Source: an uncultured virus (IMG/VR IMGVR_UViG_3300026116_000006) (lineage: Duplodnaviria; Heunggongvirae; Uroviricota; Caudoviricetes). From it: 20,000 bases of DNA. The stretch's first letter is position 1; each line of letters starts with the position of its first letter. A program made the translations under genes and the position numbers. Shown here in pieces: positions 1-6,808 of this stretch. A model generated the notes under the pieces. The model was not told the origin of the DNA. It was given only the letters and a program-made list of their open reading frames with translations, and ran no database searches. The DNA lies in IMG/VR virus record IMGVR_UViG_3300026116_000006; one strand, written 5' to 3'.

Positions 1-383
1 CCTGGTATCGGCGCGGCGACACCGAGCACGGACTGTCCCGACATCGCCGCGAGCTGGGCTGCGGTGAGGGTCGGCGCGATGCGGCCGGTGGCCGCTTTCA
101 CGTTCACACCGGACACATAGTCGGTGCCGCCCGATGTGGTACCGATCGACAGCGTCGCGCTTGTGGCGCTATCGAAGGCGGTGAGAACGTCGATGTCGAA
201 AGCGCTCAGCCGACAGCCCGGCGGCACGAAGATCTCGACCTCAGTCTTCAAGCCACCCGTGTTGACCGGCAGATTGACGAACTGCGCCAGACCAACGGTG
301 CCTTGGTTGTAGGGCGCGTTGGGGTCACCCGGATCTTTGTTCGGGCCGAAGTACCCTGGACCCGACCAGTGCGAAGCAGCCAT
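1..383 (-). CDS. Virion structural protein after the major capsid gene (head decoration-like), truncated by the window edge
   Basis: Not in the ORF track; translated by hand from ATG at 383 with AGGAG RBS (389-393): MAASHWSGPGYFGP...EIFVPPGCRLSAFDIDVLTAFDSATSATLSIGTTSGGTDYVSG... Open to position 1. Function inferred from position and Gly/Thr/Ser-rich composition. Confidence 0.7.
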   Translation of the reverse strand, partial: MAASHWSGPGYFGPNKDPGDPNAPYNQGTVGLAQFVNLPVNTGGLKTEVEIFVPPGCRLSAFDIDVLTAFDSATSATLSIGTTSGGTDYVSGVNVKAATGRIAPTLTAAQLAAMSGQSVLGVAAPIP

Positions 384-432
384 ATCAGCTCCTGTTGTCG
401 GTGATAAAATCCGCCTGGGACTTCATCACAGA

Positions 433-1347
433 TCAGCTCGTCGGGAAGGTCCCCCAGATCGAACGCCAGTTGTAGTAAGCAAAACTGTAGCGCTCATACC
501 CCTTCACCAGCAGATTGTCGGTGAAGAAATCCACCTGCATGTCGGTCTCGAACGGGATGCGCACCATGTACGACAGGCCGTCGATATTGGTGAGCAGGAA
601 CCACGCGAAGAACGACGTGAGGAAGTCGTTGACGATGTAACCCTCGGTTAATCCACCTGCGGTTGTAAAAATTGCGTTCGTATCATTATCGCTTGTACCG
701 GGGCGCAGCTCCGTCTTGGTCAGTCGGATCGCCACAGGCTCCAGCTCGGGCGGGATGACGAGCTTGCGCGCACGCGCGAACTGCTTCAGCCCAGCCTGAT
801 CCTTGAAGTTGCGGCGGATCGAGATCATCGCATTGAGCAGCGTCGCCTCGTTGAGGTCGACGTCGGTGCTCGGGCGATTGGCAATCGTGCCACCATCGAT
901 CGGATGGTTGGTGGCCATCAAGGCCACGCCGTCGCCGCCGATGTAGGCGTTGTAGACGTTGCCCGTGTTGAGCACGTTCGCGCCGTAGATCTCCTTGGTC
1001 TGCTGGAAGCTCTCCATCAGGCCGAGGTTCGACGGGTGGAACTGGCTCTTGTAGAGGTTGTCGTCGATCGCCTTGCGAGTCATCGAGTACCCGAGGCCGA
1101 TCTCGATGTGCTCTTGATTGTAGATGAAGCGCTCGCCGGCCGCGTTGTCGAACGCGGTCTGGCCGCCTTCGGTCTTCAGCTGGGCGAGGCCGAGGTAGCG
1201 CATCTCGGCAGTGCGCTCGAGAGCCATCTTCGACGTGTGGGTCGTGAAGATCTTGTCGTACTGCGTCGGGATCTGCTCGTACTTGCCTTCGATGCCTCGA
1301 AGGCCGGGCAGGAGCAGATCGCGGATGGCGGAAAGATTGACGGCCAT
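433..1347 (-). CDS. Major capsid protein (304 aa)
   Basis: GGAG RBS. Motifs LLPGL, KTEGG, TRKAIDDNLY, GDGVAL...HP, KLVIPPEL, KGYERYSF...WR are recognisable from phage major capsid proteins. Position in head module fits. Confidence 0.9.
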   Translation of the reverse strand: MAVNLSAIRDLLLPGLRGIEGKYEQIPTQYDKIFTTHTSKMALERTAEMRYLGLAQLKTEGGQTAFDNAAGERFIYNQEHIEIGLGYSMTRKAIDDNLYKSQFHPSNLGLMESFQQTKEIYGANVLNTGNVYNAYIGGDGVALMATNHPIDGGTIANRPSTDVDLNEATLLNAMISIRRNFKDQAGLKQFARARKLVIPPELEPVAIRLTKTELRPGTSDNDTNAIFTTAGGLTEGYIVNDFLTSFFAWFLLTNIDGLSYMVRIPFETDMQVDFFTDNLLVKGYERYSFAYYNWRSIWGTFPTS

Positions 1348-1362
1348 GGGTCTTGCTCCTGA

Positions 1363-1992
1363 TTACGAGATACCAACCGGCCCGGCGCCGTTGGACCGCA
1401 TGATCTCGTTGTTGAAACCGACGATGACCCAGTTGAAGGCCGTGGTTGGGTCAGCCCCGTTCGAGCCCGGCGGATCCGTGACGAGATCGACCACGCGGAA
1501 GGGGAAGGTGACGGTGGTGCCGAGCGAGTTGAGGAACGCGCCCGACTGCTGGGTGGAGGCGTTGCCCGTGCCGATGGCGAACTGGGCGTATTGCATCAGC
1601 GGGCTGCTGGTGAAGCTCGACAGCGAACCGGTGATGTTGAAGGTGGTGGAGTTGCCCTGGACCACGAACTGGGCGTTCGGGTCATCGAGGACATAGGCTT
1701 TGACGTCGTTGGTGGCGTCGCTGCCCGGCCAGTAGTTCATCCAGAGCGTGCGCTTCTGGCTGGTCGACAGGTACTGGCAACCCGCGAAGATCCCGGCCAG
1801 GGTCGTCGTCCCTGGTGCGCCCTGGGTGATGTACCCGTTGGCGGTGCCGATGACCGGCATGACCGGATCGCCGCGATAGATCGCGGTCGTGTTGCCGGAG
1901 GCAATCCGATATTCGTGGGTGGAAAAGCTGCCATCGCCGCCAGAGCCGACGCGATAGCTACGGAAACCGAAGGGGGCGTTCGTGTTCGCCAC
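1363..1992 (-). CDS. Conserved virion/head protein upstream of the capsid gene
   Basis: GTG start at 1992 with GAGGAG RBS at 1999-2004 gives MANTNAPFGF...IYRGDPV...GIFAGCQY...DDPNAQFVVQ, a pattern typical of the gene preceding this type of capsid gene. Confidence 0.75.
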   Translation of the reverse strand: MANTNAPFGFRSYRVGSGGDGSFSTHEYRIASGNTTAIYRGDPVMPVIGTANGYITQGAPGTTTLAGIFAGCQYLSTSQKRTLWMNYWPGSDATNDVKAYVLDDPNAQFVVQGNSTTFNITGSLSSFTSSPLMQYAQFAIGTGNASTQQSGAFLNSLGTTVTFPFRVVDLVTDPPGSNGADPTTAFNWVIVGFNNEIMRSNGAGPVGIS

Positions 1993-1998
1993 GATCCA

Positions 1999-2071
1999 CT
2001 CCTCACTGAGGAGCATCGTGGCCGCACACCGGGGCGCCTTGATGCAGTAAAGGCTCCACGCCGGGGGAGCC
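1999..2071 (-). promoter_or_regulatory. Structured leader: two hairpins sharing the loop CCCGGYGU, plus a hairpin sequestering the RBS
   Basis: GGCUCC-CCCGGCGU-GGAGCC (2052-2071); GCAUC..GGC-GC-CCCGGUGU-GC..GCC..GAUGC (2013-2045); CUCCUC-AGU-GAGGAG (1999-2013). Confidence 0.5.
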
Positions 2072-2093
2072 GAACGGGCGGATTTAGCTCAGA

Positions 2094-2291
2094 TCACTTC
2101 GTTCTTGTCAACTTTGTGAGTTTCAGCGTTGCGCGCAGGAGCTTCAAAACGCGCGGCGGGGCGCCGTTTTTCTCCCACCGCCAGACCGTGACCCGGTCGA
2201 CGTCGAGCGATTGCTGAACCGCTCGACGCCATCCGGTGGCACCGTAAAGCTCGATTGCGAGCTGCCGGAACTCGTTCCGGCCTAATGCCAT
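2094..2291 (-). CDS. Small helix-turn-helix DNA-binding protein (65 aa, Cro/XRE-like)
   Basis: ATG at 2291, one base after the rsr stop, with GGAGG RBS inside the rsr 3' end. LYGATGWRRAVQQSLDVDRVTVWRWEKNG matches an HTH pattern. Confidence 0.75.
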   Translation of the reverse strand: MALGRNEFRQLAIELYGATGWRRAVQQSLDVDRVTVWRWEKNGAPPRVLKLLRATLKLTKLTRTK

Positions 2292-2292
2292 G

Positions 2293-3705
2293 TTAGCGGG
2301 CCTCCACCTCACGCAGGTAAGTGAAAATCCCCTCGGAGAAACCGTCGATATGGATCCACTGCTCACCGTAACCAACGCCGTTCTGCGCCGATGCAACGTT
2401 GATCATATAGGCTGAGCCGTGGAACTTCGACGGCATCGCGCCAAGATGCGCCTGCTCATCCGTGATCACCACCAAGCGGTCATAGCGATACTGCTTGTTG
2501 GCCTTCGCAAGCGCCTGGGCGAGATAGGTTCCACCATGGCTCTGCGAACCGATGATCGCCTCGACCCCCGCCATCCCGCGCCGAGGCGGCACCTCGACGA
2601 TGCTGTTGGAGAACGAGCAGATCGTGACGTCGCCGGGGAACACTGCCGCCAGCGTGGCCGCCGCGTCCATGCGGGTCATGTCGGACTTACCCGAGAGCTT
2701 CTCCTTCATCGACCCAGACACATCGACCAGGATCAACGTATGCCCACGAAACTCGGGCATCTCGTCAATCGACGCCAGCAATGCCTTGTCGAGATGACGC
2801 TCGAAAGTCGGTGCTGCACGCGCCGCCGCGATGTAGCGGAACGGCAGCACCCACTGCGCCCCCTTGCGCGCCTGGATCGCCGCAATCACGAGATCACGAT
2901 CGACCCCCGCCTCATGCATGTTGCGCAGGTTGCGCAGCAGCGCAAGGTAGCCGAGCTTCTCCTCCTCGAGGAGCCGCGTAAACGTCGCCTTCTTATCCTT
3001 CCCGGCCGACAGGTTCGTCTCCCAGGTATCCGGGATCTCCAGGCCCGGCTCACCCTTGAGGCGCAACGAACGGATCGAGAAGCCGCTCTTCAGCTTCTTC
3101 GGGAAGAACGTCTTGTTCACCAGCTTGGCGAACATGACCGCCTGCTCGCGATCCTCCGGCTTGGTATGGCTGAGGAAGATCACGTCGCGCAGCTTGACCG
3201 GCGTGTCGCGATTGTACTTCGCGAGCTGATAGGCATCGAAGCGCTTGATCGCGGCATTGAGGCCAAGCTTCAGCTGCTTGGACAGCATCCGACGACCGTC
3301 GCTCTTCGGATTGAACTTCCAGTACATCGCCACCAGCTCGCTGATCTCGTCGGCGCGCCGCACGACCTGAGCGATCGTGTTGGAGGCGAGATTGCTGAAG
3401 CCCTGACCACGGGCGCGCTTGATCAACGTCACCAGCAGAAGCAACGGCACATGGCGCAGCTTGAACTGCACGCGCGCCTGGATGGCCATCGCCGCGAGGT
3501 CGCGCGGATCGACCTTCTCGGCCAGACGCTGGATACGCTTGGCGATCTCCTCGCCGTCCTCATAGAACTCATCCTCCCACAGGAGGCAGCTCATGACGGA
3601 GCGCTTCAGCTGATCCTTGAAATTGATGGCGACAGCGTGCGCACCCTCATGCGTGCGCAGGTTCGAACGGGCGGCCCAGCCACCCGACACATTGAGCCGA
3701 GACAT
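2293..3705 (-). CDS. rsr: Ro60/Rsr ortholog (TROVE plus vWA domain, 470 aa), Y RNA-binding protein
   Basis: ATG at 3705 with GAGGAG RBS (3713-3718). TROVE motifs THEG, LWEDEFYEDG, KLRHVP, RADE, YQLAKY, DTWE, ALLRNLRNM, LPFRY. vWA MIDAS motif DVSGSM, then GGT and ITDEQ. Confidence 0.95.
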   Translation of the reverse strand: MSRLNVSGGWAARSNLRTHEGAHAVAINFKDQLKRSVMSCLLWEDEFYEDGEEIAKRIQRLAEKVDPRDLAAMAIQARVQFKLRHVPLLLLVTLIKRARGQGFSNLASNTIAQVVRRADEISELVAMYWKFNPKSDGRRMLSKQLKLGLNAAIKRFDAYQLAKYNRDTPVKLRDVIFLSHTKPEDREQAVMFAKLVNKTFFPKKLKSGFSIRSLRLKGEPGLEIPDTWETNLSAGKDKKATFTRLLEEEKLGYLALLRNLRNMHEAGVDRDLVIAAIQARKGAQWVLPFRYIAAARAAPTFERHLDKALLASIDEMPEFRGHTLILVDVSGSMKEKLSGKSDMTRMDAAATLAAVFPGDVTICSFSNSIVEVPPRRGMAGVEAIIGSQSHGGTYLAQALAKANKQYRYDRLVVITDEQAHLGAMPSKFHGSAYMINVASAQNGVGYGEQWIHIDGFSEGIFTYLREVEAR

Positions 3706-3732
3706 GGTCTTTCTCCTCGTGACAACGACGAA

Positions 3733-3861
3733 ATCGGGCAACAGGGTGAAACGGCAACGTAGGCGCTCTATCCGCTGAGCTACGGATCTCACGACCCGGA
3801 GGGATTCGAACCCCCGACCTCCCGCTTACAAGGCGAAGTAACCGTCGCTAACAGCACCGAC
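3733..3861 (-). ncRNA. Y RNA 1 (YrlA-like): permuted tRNA module in the order anticodon arm, T arm, closed acceptor hairpin, D arm
   Basis: Shared scaffold GGUGCUGU..CGGUUACUUCG ... CCG..UGUUGCCC. Inside: UUCGC-CUUGUAA-GCGGG, AGGUC, GGGGG-UUCGAAU-CCCUC, CGGGUC-GUGA-GAUCCG, UA, GCUC-AGCGGAUA-GAGC. Directly upstream of rsr. Confidence 0.88.
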
Positions 3862-3890
3862 ATTACGCAACGCGAACGCAAGACATCGAT

Positions 3891-4024
3891 ATGGGCAACA
3901 GACGAAACCGGTATGAAGGTTGGACTCGAACCAACGACCTCCGGGCTATCGACCCGGCGCTCTACCGCTGAGCTACTCGCCCTGTAGTGTGGTGAGCGAA
4001 GTAACCGATCTCTGACAGCACCAT
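3891..4024 (-). ncRNA. Y RNA 2: tRNA module in the order 3' acceptor strand + ACCA, linker, 5' acceptor strand, D arm, anticodon arm, T arm
   Basis: Same scaffold. Inside: UUCGCUC-ACCA-CACUACA-GGGCGAG, UA, GCUC-AGCGGUA-GAGC, G, CCGGG-UCGAUAG-CCCGG, AGGUC, GUUGG-UUCGAGU-CCAAC. Confidence 0.85.
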
Positions 4025-4035
4025 CTTTACCTCAC

Positions 4036-4120
4036 GCCTGGGCAACAAGCGCTTGCGGTTTGGACCGAAGTCCATCGTTCAACCAATGTACGAAGTAACC
4101 GCTTGCAAACAGCACCAAGC
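4036..4120 (-). ncRNA. Y RNA 3: minimal form without a tRNA module
   Basis: Same scaffold (GGUGCUGU..GCGGUUACUUCG ... ACCGC..UGUUGCCC), terminal stem GCUUGG/CCAGGC, and two small hairpins including UGGAC-UUCG-GUCCA. Confidence 0.78.
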
Positions 4121-4126
4121 CCGGCG

Positions 4127-4158
4127 CTTGTAGAAGGCTCTGTTGCAATTTGCAACAG
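4127..4158 (-). promoter_or_regulatory. Putative sigma70-type promoter with overlapping palindromic operator
   Basis: -35 TTGCAA (4155-4150), 17 bp spacer, -10-like TACAAG (4132-4127). The implied start near 4120 coincides with the 5' end of Y RNA 3. Perfect inverted repeat CTGTTGCAA-N-TTGCAACAG at 4140-4158. Confidence 0.55.
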
Positions 4159-4166
4159 CCGATTTC

Positions 4167-4198
4167 AAAGAAAATGCGGCGCCTGACAGCGCCGCATT
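4167..4198 (-). terminator. Intrinsic terminator downstream of the 4235-4906 gene
   Basis: 10-bp stem AAUGCGGCGC/GCGCCGCAUU with 6-nt loop, followed by UUCUUU. Confidence 0.75.
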
Positions 4199-4234
4199 CC
4201 CTGGCAAGCAAGTCGTCAAACCCGCGCAGTCGGT

Positions 4235-4906
4235 CTACGCATCGGGCACTATAAGCGGCTCATACCCTCGTTTGACAAGAGGCATGTTCTTGGGGTGCTG
4301 GTCGCGCGGGAAATGGCCCGGCGGAGCCGCGCGGATCTGCTCGCTCTTGACCCGCACCTGCTCGATCGCCTTGCGCTGTTCCTTCTTGACCAGGATCTCG
4401 TAAACCTCTTCCGGCACTTCCATCAGGATCATGCCGTCGCGCTCGATCGTGATGTAGGGACCACCGGTCGACGGCATCATTTCGGGGTGACGCTCGGCCG
4501 GCACCACGGTCCAGCCAGTCTGGGCAATCTTGACCATGTATTGCGGGTCTTCCTTGCCGTAGACCGACTTGCGCCGCCAGAGATACTTCCAACCCTCGGG
4601 AATGATCTCGGGCGGGATGTAGTATTTGTCGTCTTCGTCCGAGCCGATGTCGTGCTCGAGGATCTCGGCTGCGCGCAGACGAGCGCGTGCCTTGCTCTCG
4701 TCGGCGTCGATCGATTGTCGCCGCGCGGAGCGCTTGATCTCGGGCGCTTGCTCGGCAGCCGGTGGGGGCGGCGGTGGTGTAGCCCGGCGCCCGCGCGGTG
4801 CGGGTGTCTGAGCTGCCGCCCCAAGACCTGAGCCCTGAGGCGCCTCGTCCATCGTGGGAACCTGCGGCGCCTGGACGTGAGAGCGCCTTCTGCGACGTTC
4901 AGCCAT
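4235..4906 (-). CDS. Conserved phage head-module protein, function unknown (223 aa)
   Basis: GAGGAG RBS. C-terminal IPEGWKYLWRR..G.ED..GW..VP..RHPEM..IERDGMILME pattern resembles genes that follow the scaffold in such phages. N-terminus looks disordered. Confidence 0.75.
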   Translation of the reverse strand: MAERRRRRSHVQAPQVPTMDEAPQGSGLGAAAQTPAPRGRRATPPPPPPAAEQAPEIKRSARRQSIDADESKARARLRAAEILEHDIGSDEDDKYYIPPEIIPEGWKYLWRRKSVYGKEDPQYMVKIAQTGWTVVPAERHPEMMPSTGGPYITIERDGMILMEVPEEVYEILVKKEQRKAIEQVRVKSEQIRAAPPGHFPRDQHPKNMPLVKRGYEPLIVPDA

Positions 4907-4917
4907 GACTGCTCTCC

Positions 4918-6018
4918 TCAGTGCATGCGGTTGCGATTGGACGCGCGCGGGCCGATGCGGTCCTCCTTGAGGAGCGCTCGCTTGTTGCGCGCGTATTCCT
5001 GCGGCGAAAGGCCAGATGCCTCAGCCATCTCGATCTCGGCCGCACTCAGACGCACCTGTCGACCGGTGTCGCGATCTGCGCCGCCCACACCTCGACCATT
5101 ACGCGACGGCGGAGCCGCTGCCGGAGGACGATCATCGTCGTCTTCGTCGATGCTCTGCCGGCGACGACCACGCGATGCCGTCGAACGGTTATCGTCGTCC
5201 TCATCGTCGTCAGCTCCACCCCCAGAGTTGCCTGTACGGGTGTCCCGATCGAATTTTGGGTCGTCGAGGAGGTCTTCCACCGCTTCGAAATATTCCGGTG
5301 AATTGATCGTGGGACGATCCTTGCGCCGGGTCATGACGATGTTGTGGGCCGCGATCACGCGCTGCAGCAGCTCATCGTCGCGATAGTATTCAGGATTGTC
5401 CCTGAGCCATTGCTTGGCCGCGGGGTGCATGTCCTTGGTGATCTGCGCAAAGCGGTTCTCGTCGCTCGGATTTTCACCACGCCTGCGCAACGCTTCGCGC
5501 TGCTTGGGGGCATTTTCGAGCGCCAGGATCCCATTCTCGATCACGTTGGTGTCGGCGCTATTCTTGATCATCGCCGCCTGGACGTCGGCGATTTTCTGGA
5601 AATCACCTTCGGCATGCGCCTGGGCCAGCTCGGCGGTCATCGCTTTTCGCGCTTCCTGGAGTCGCTCCTGCGTGCCTTTGAGCATGTTGAGATCGGCCTG
5701 CGTCTTGGCATCGAGCGCTTCGGCGCGGCCACCTTCGGCCTCCGCGACGCGACGCTCGGCCTGCTCGGCCCGCCGATTGGCACGTTCGAGATCTCGCCGC
5801 ATCTTGGCGAGGTCGTTCGTGTCCTGTTCAGAGATATCGTTGTCCGACGCGTCGTCAGTGTCGGTACCGGCACGCGCCGTGTCTAACGCCTTCTCGACAT
5901 CTGCCTCGAGCTTCTTGGCGTTGGTCCCGCGACCGGTGTTGCCACGTTGGTCTTGGGTTCTCGGTTCTTTATCGTCGTCATCTGGCAGTGTGATGACCGT
6001 GTCCCCGCGGTCTGCCAT
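4918..6018 (-). CDS. Probable capsid scaffolding protein (366 aa)
   Basis: ATG at 6018 with AGGAGG RBS. Acidic, coiled-coil, with W..DNP and SPEYF motifs and a C-terminal VRLSAAEIEMAEASGLSPQEYARNK helix. Lies between portal and capsid. Confidence 0.7.
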   Translation of the reverse strand: MADRGDTVITLPDDDDKEPRTQDQRGNTGRGTNAKKLEADVEKALDTARAGTDTDDASDNDISEQDTNDLAKMRRDLERANRRAEQAERRVAEAEGGRAEALDAKTQADLNMLKGTQERLQEARKAMTAELAQAHAEGDFQKIADVQAAMIKNSADTNVIENGILALENAPKQREALRRRGENPSDENRFAQITKDMHPAAKQWLRDNPEYYRDDELLQRVIAAHNIVMTRRKDRPTINSPEYFEAVEDLLDDPKFDRDTRTGNSGGGADDDEDDDNRSTASRGRRRQSIDEDDDDRPPAAAPPSRNGRGVGGADRDTGRQVRLSAAEIEMAEASGLSPQEYARNKRALLKEDRIGPRASNRNRMH

Positions 6019-6028
6019 GTGCCTCCTA

Positions 6029-6505
6029 TCACCAGATCGTATCAGGAGCTGGTATTGCCATGTGAATGCTCTTCTCGTTGACCATGCGGCAGAGCACACC
6101 ATTCACCTTGAGTGCCCAACCGTCCGAAGCGCGCACCGCTATCCATTGGCCCGGTTCAAGTTTTGCGCCGCGCGATTCATGCTCGTCATTGACCATCGGC
6201 CCGACCTTGATGATCAGTCCGACCTTGCCCTGGTACTCGTCTTCGCCCGTGGTGTTGTCGGTGAGATGGATGCCGCCCTTCGTCACCTTCGGCCGCTCGT
6301 AGATCGCGTAAAGCACGTAGGTGTTGAAGACATGGATCTTCCCGATGTCGCCCAGCTTCTCGAGCAGCAGCTCGGCCGGATCCTGGTCGTGCTGCATCCG
6401 CATACCCATGGGCTTGCGCGTGCCTGCGCGCTTGAGATTGCCCTGCAGATGCGTGCCGGTCTTCGGGAAGGGTGTCACGTTAGCGGCGGCGGTTTTTCTC
6501 GGCAT
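6029..6505 (-). CDS. GroES/Cpn10-like co-chaperonin
   Basis: ERPKVTKGGIHL mobile-loop-like motif, GLIIKVGP, LEPGQWI, LKVNGVLCRMVNEKSI. ATG at 6505 has a GAGGAG RBS; a later start at MGMRMQH is possible. Confidence 0.8.
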   Translation of the reverse strand: MPRKTAAANVTPFPKTGTHLQGNLKRAGTRKPMGMRMQHDQDPAELLLEKLGDIGKIHVFNTYVLYAIYERPKVTKGGIHLTDNTTGEDEYQGKVGLIIKVGPMVNDEHESRGAKLEPGQWIAVRASDGWALKVNGVLCRMVNEKSIHMAIPAPDTIW

Positions 6506-6719
6506 CTTCTCCTCGTCCTGCCGTTTGAAGTTCAGAGACGCTCTCGTCGAGTGCCTCGAGTGCATCCTGCAGCCCCTTGATGATGCCGCAGTGGTATTTG
6601 TACGCAGCGAAGTCGGGCATCATGCCGTCAGAGACGGAGACGCCTTTCTCATTGATGAGCTTCCTGACCTTGCGCTTGAAATGATCCTCGAGCGCTTCGT
6701 TGAAGGTGATTGCGGCCAT
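6480..6719 (-). CDS. Small conserved phage protein (79 aa)
   Basis: Helical protein with DFAAYKYHCGIIKGL motif, a type commonly found just before the phage GroES-like gene. Confidence 0.7.
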   Translation of the reverse strand: MAAITFNEALEDHFKRKVRKLINEKGVSVSDGMMPDFAAYKYHCGIIKGLQDALEALDESVSELQTAGRGEDAEKNRRR

Positions 6720-6808
6720 GCGTTAGGTGGGGCCGCGCCACGAGGAGGCAGCGCGGCCCCTTTCGCGTCGGCCCTCTCGGCATGAGAAGGCGCTGCCGCC
6801 GCGAACCA

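Noticed and set aside
2419..3762. Long plus-strand ORFs (447 aa here; also 5396-6580, 9136-10362 and others)
   Set aside because: Antisense shadows of real minus-strand genes, expected in high-GC DNA; no recognisable motifs.
3706..3792. N-terminal extension of the TROVE ORF to 3792 in the ORF track
   Set aside because: It overlaps Y RNA 1; ATG 3705 has a strong RBS and gives a typical MSRLN start.
3765..3837. tRNA-Thr fragment as an integration (att) remnant or pseudogene
   Set aside because: Arms are intact but permuted and enclosed by a paired scaffold next to rsr; no integrase is visible in the window.
3912..3982. Stand-alone tRNA-Ile(GAT) gene
   Set aside because: The sequence after the T arm (CUUCAUA) pairs poorly with the 5' acceptor strand and has no CCA. 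The matching strand lies upstream, and the element sits inside the repeated Y RNA scaffold.
3733..4120. CRISPR-like mini-array (three repeats of CGAAGTAACCG, ACAGCACC, GGGCAACA)
   Set aside because: Repeats are short split boxes with unequal, structured inserts, and there are no cas genes. A Y RNA array explains them better.
4143..4403. Plus-strand 86-aa ORF starting at the palindrome
   Set aside because: TTG start, spans the terminator and runs antisense to a conserved gene.
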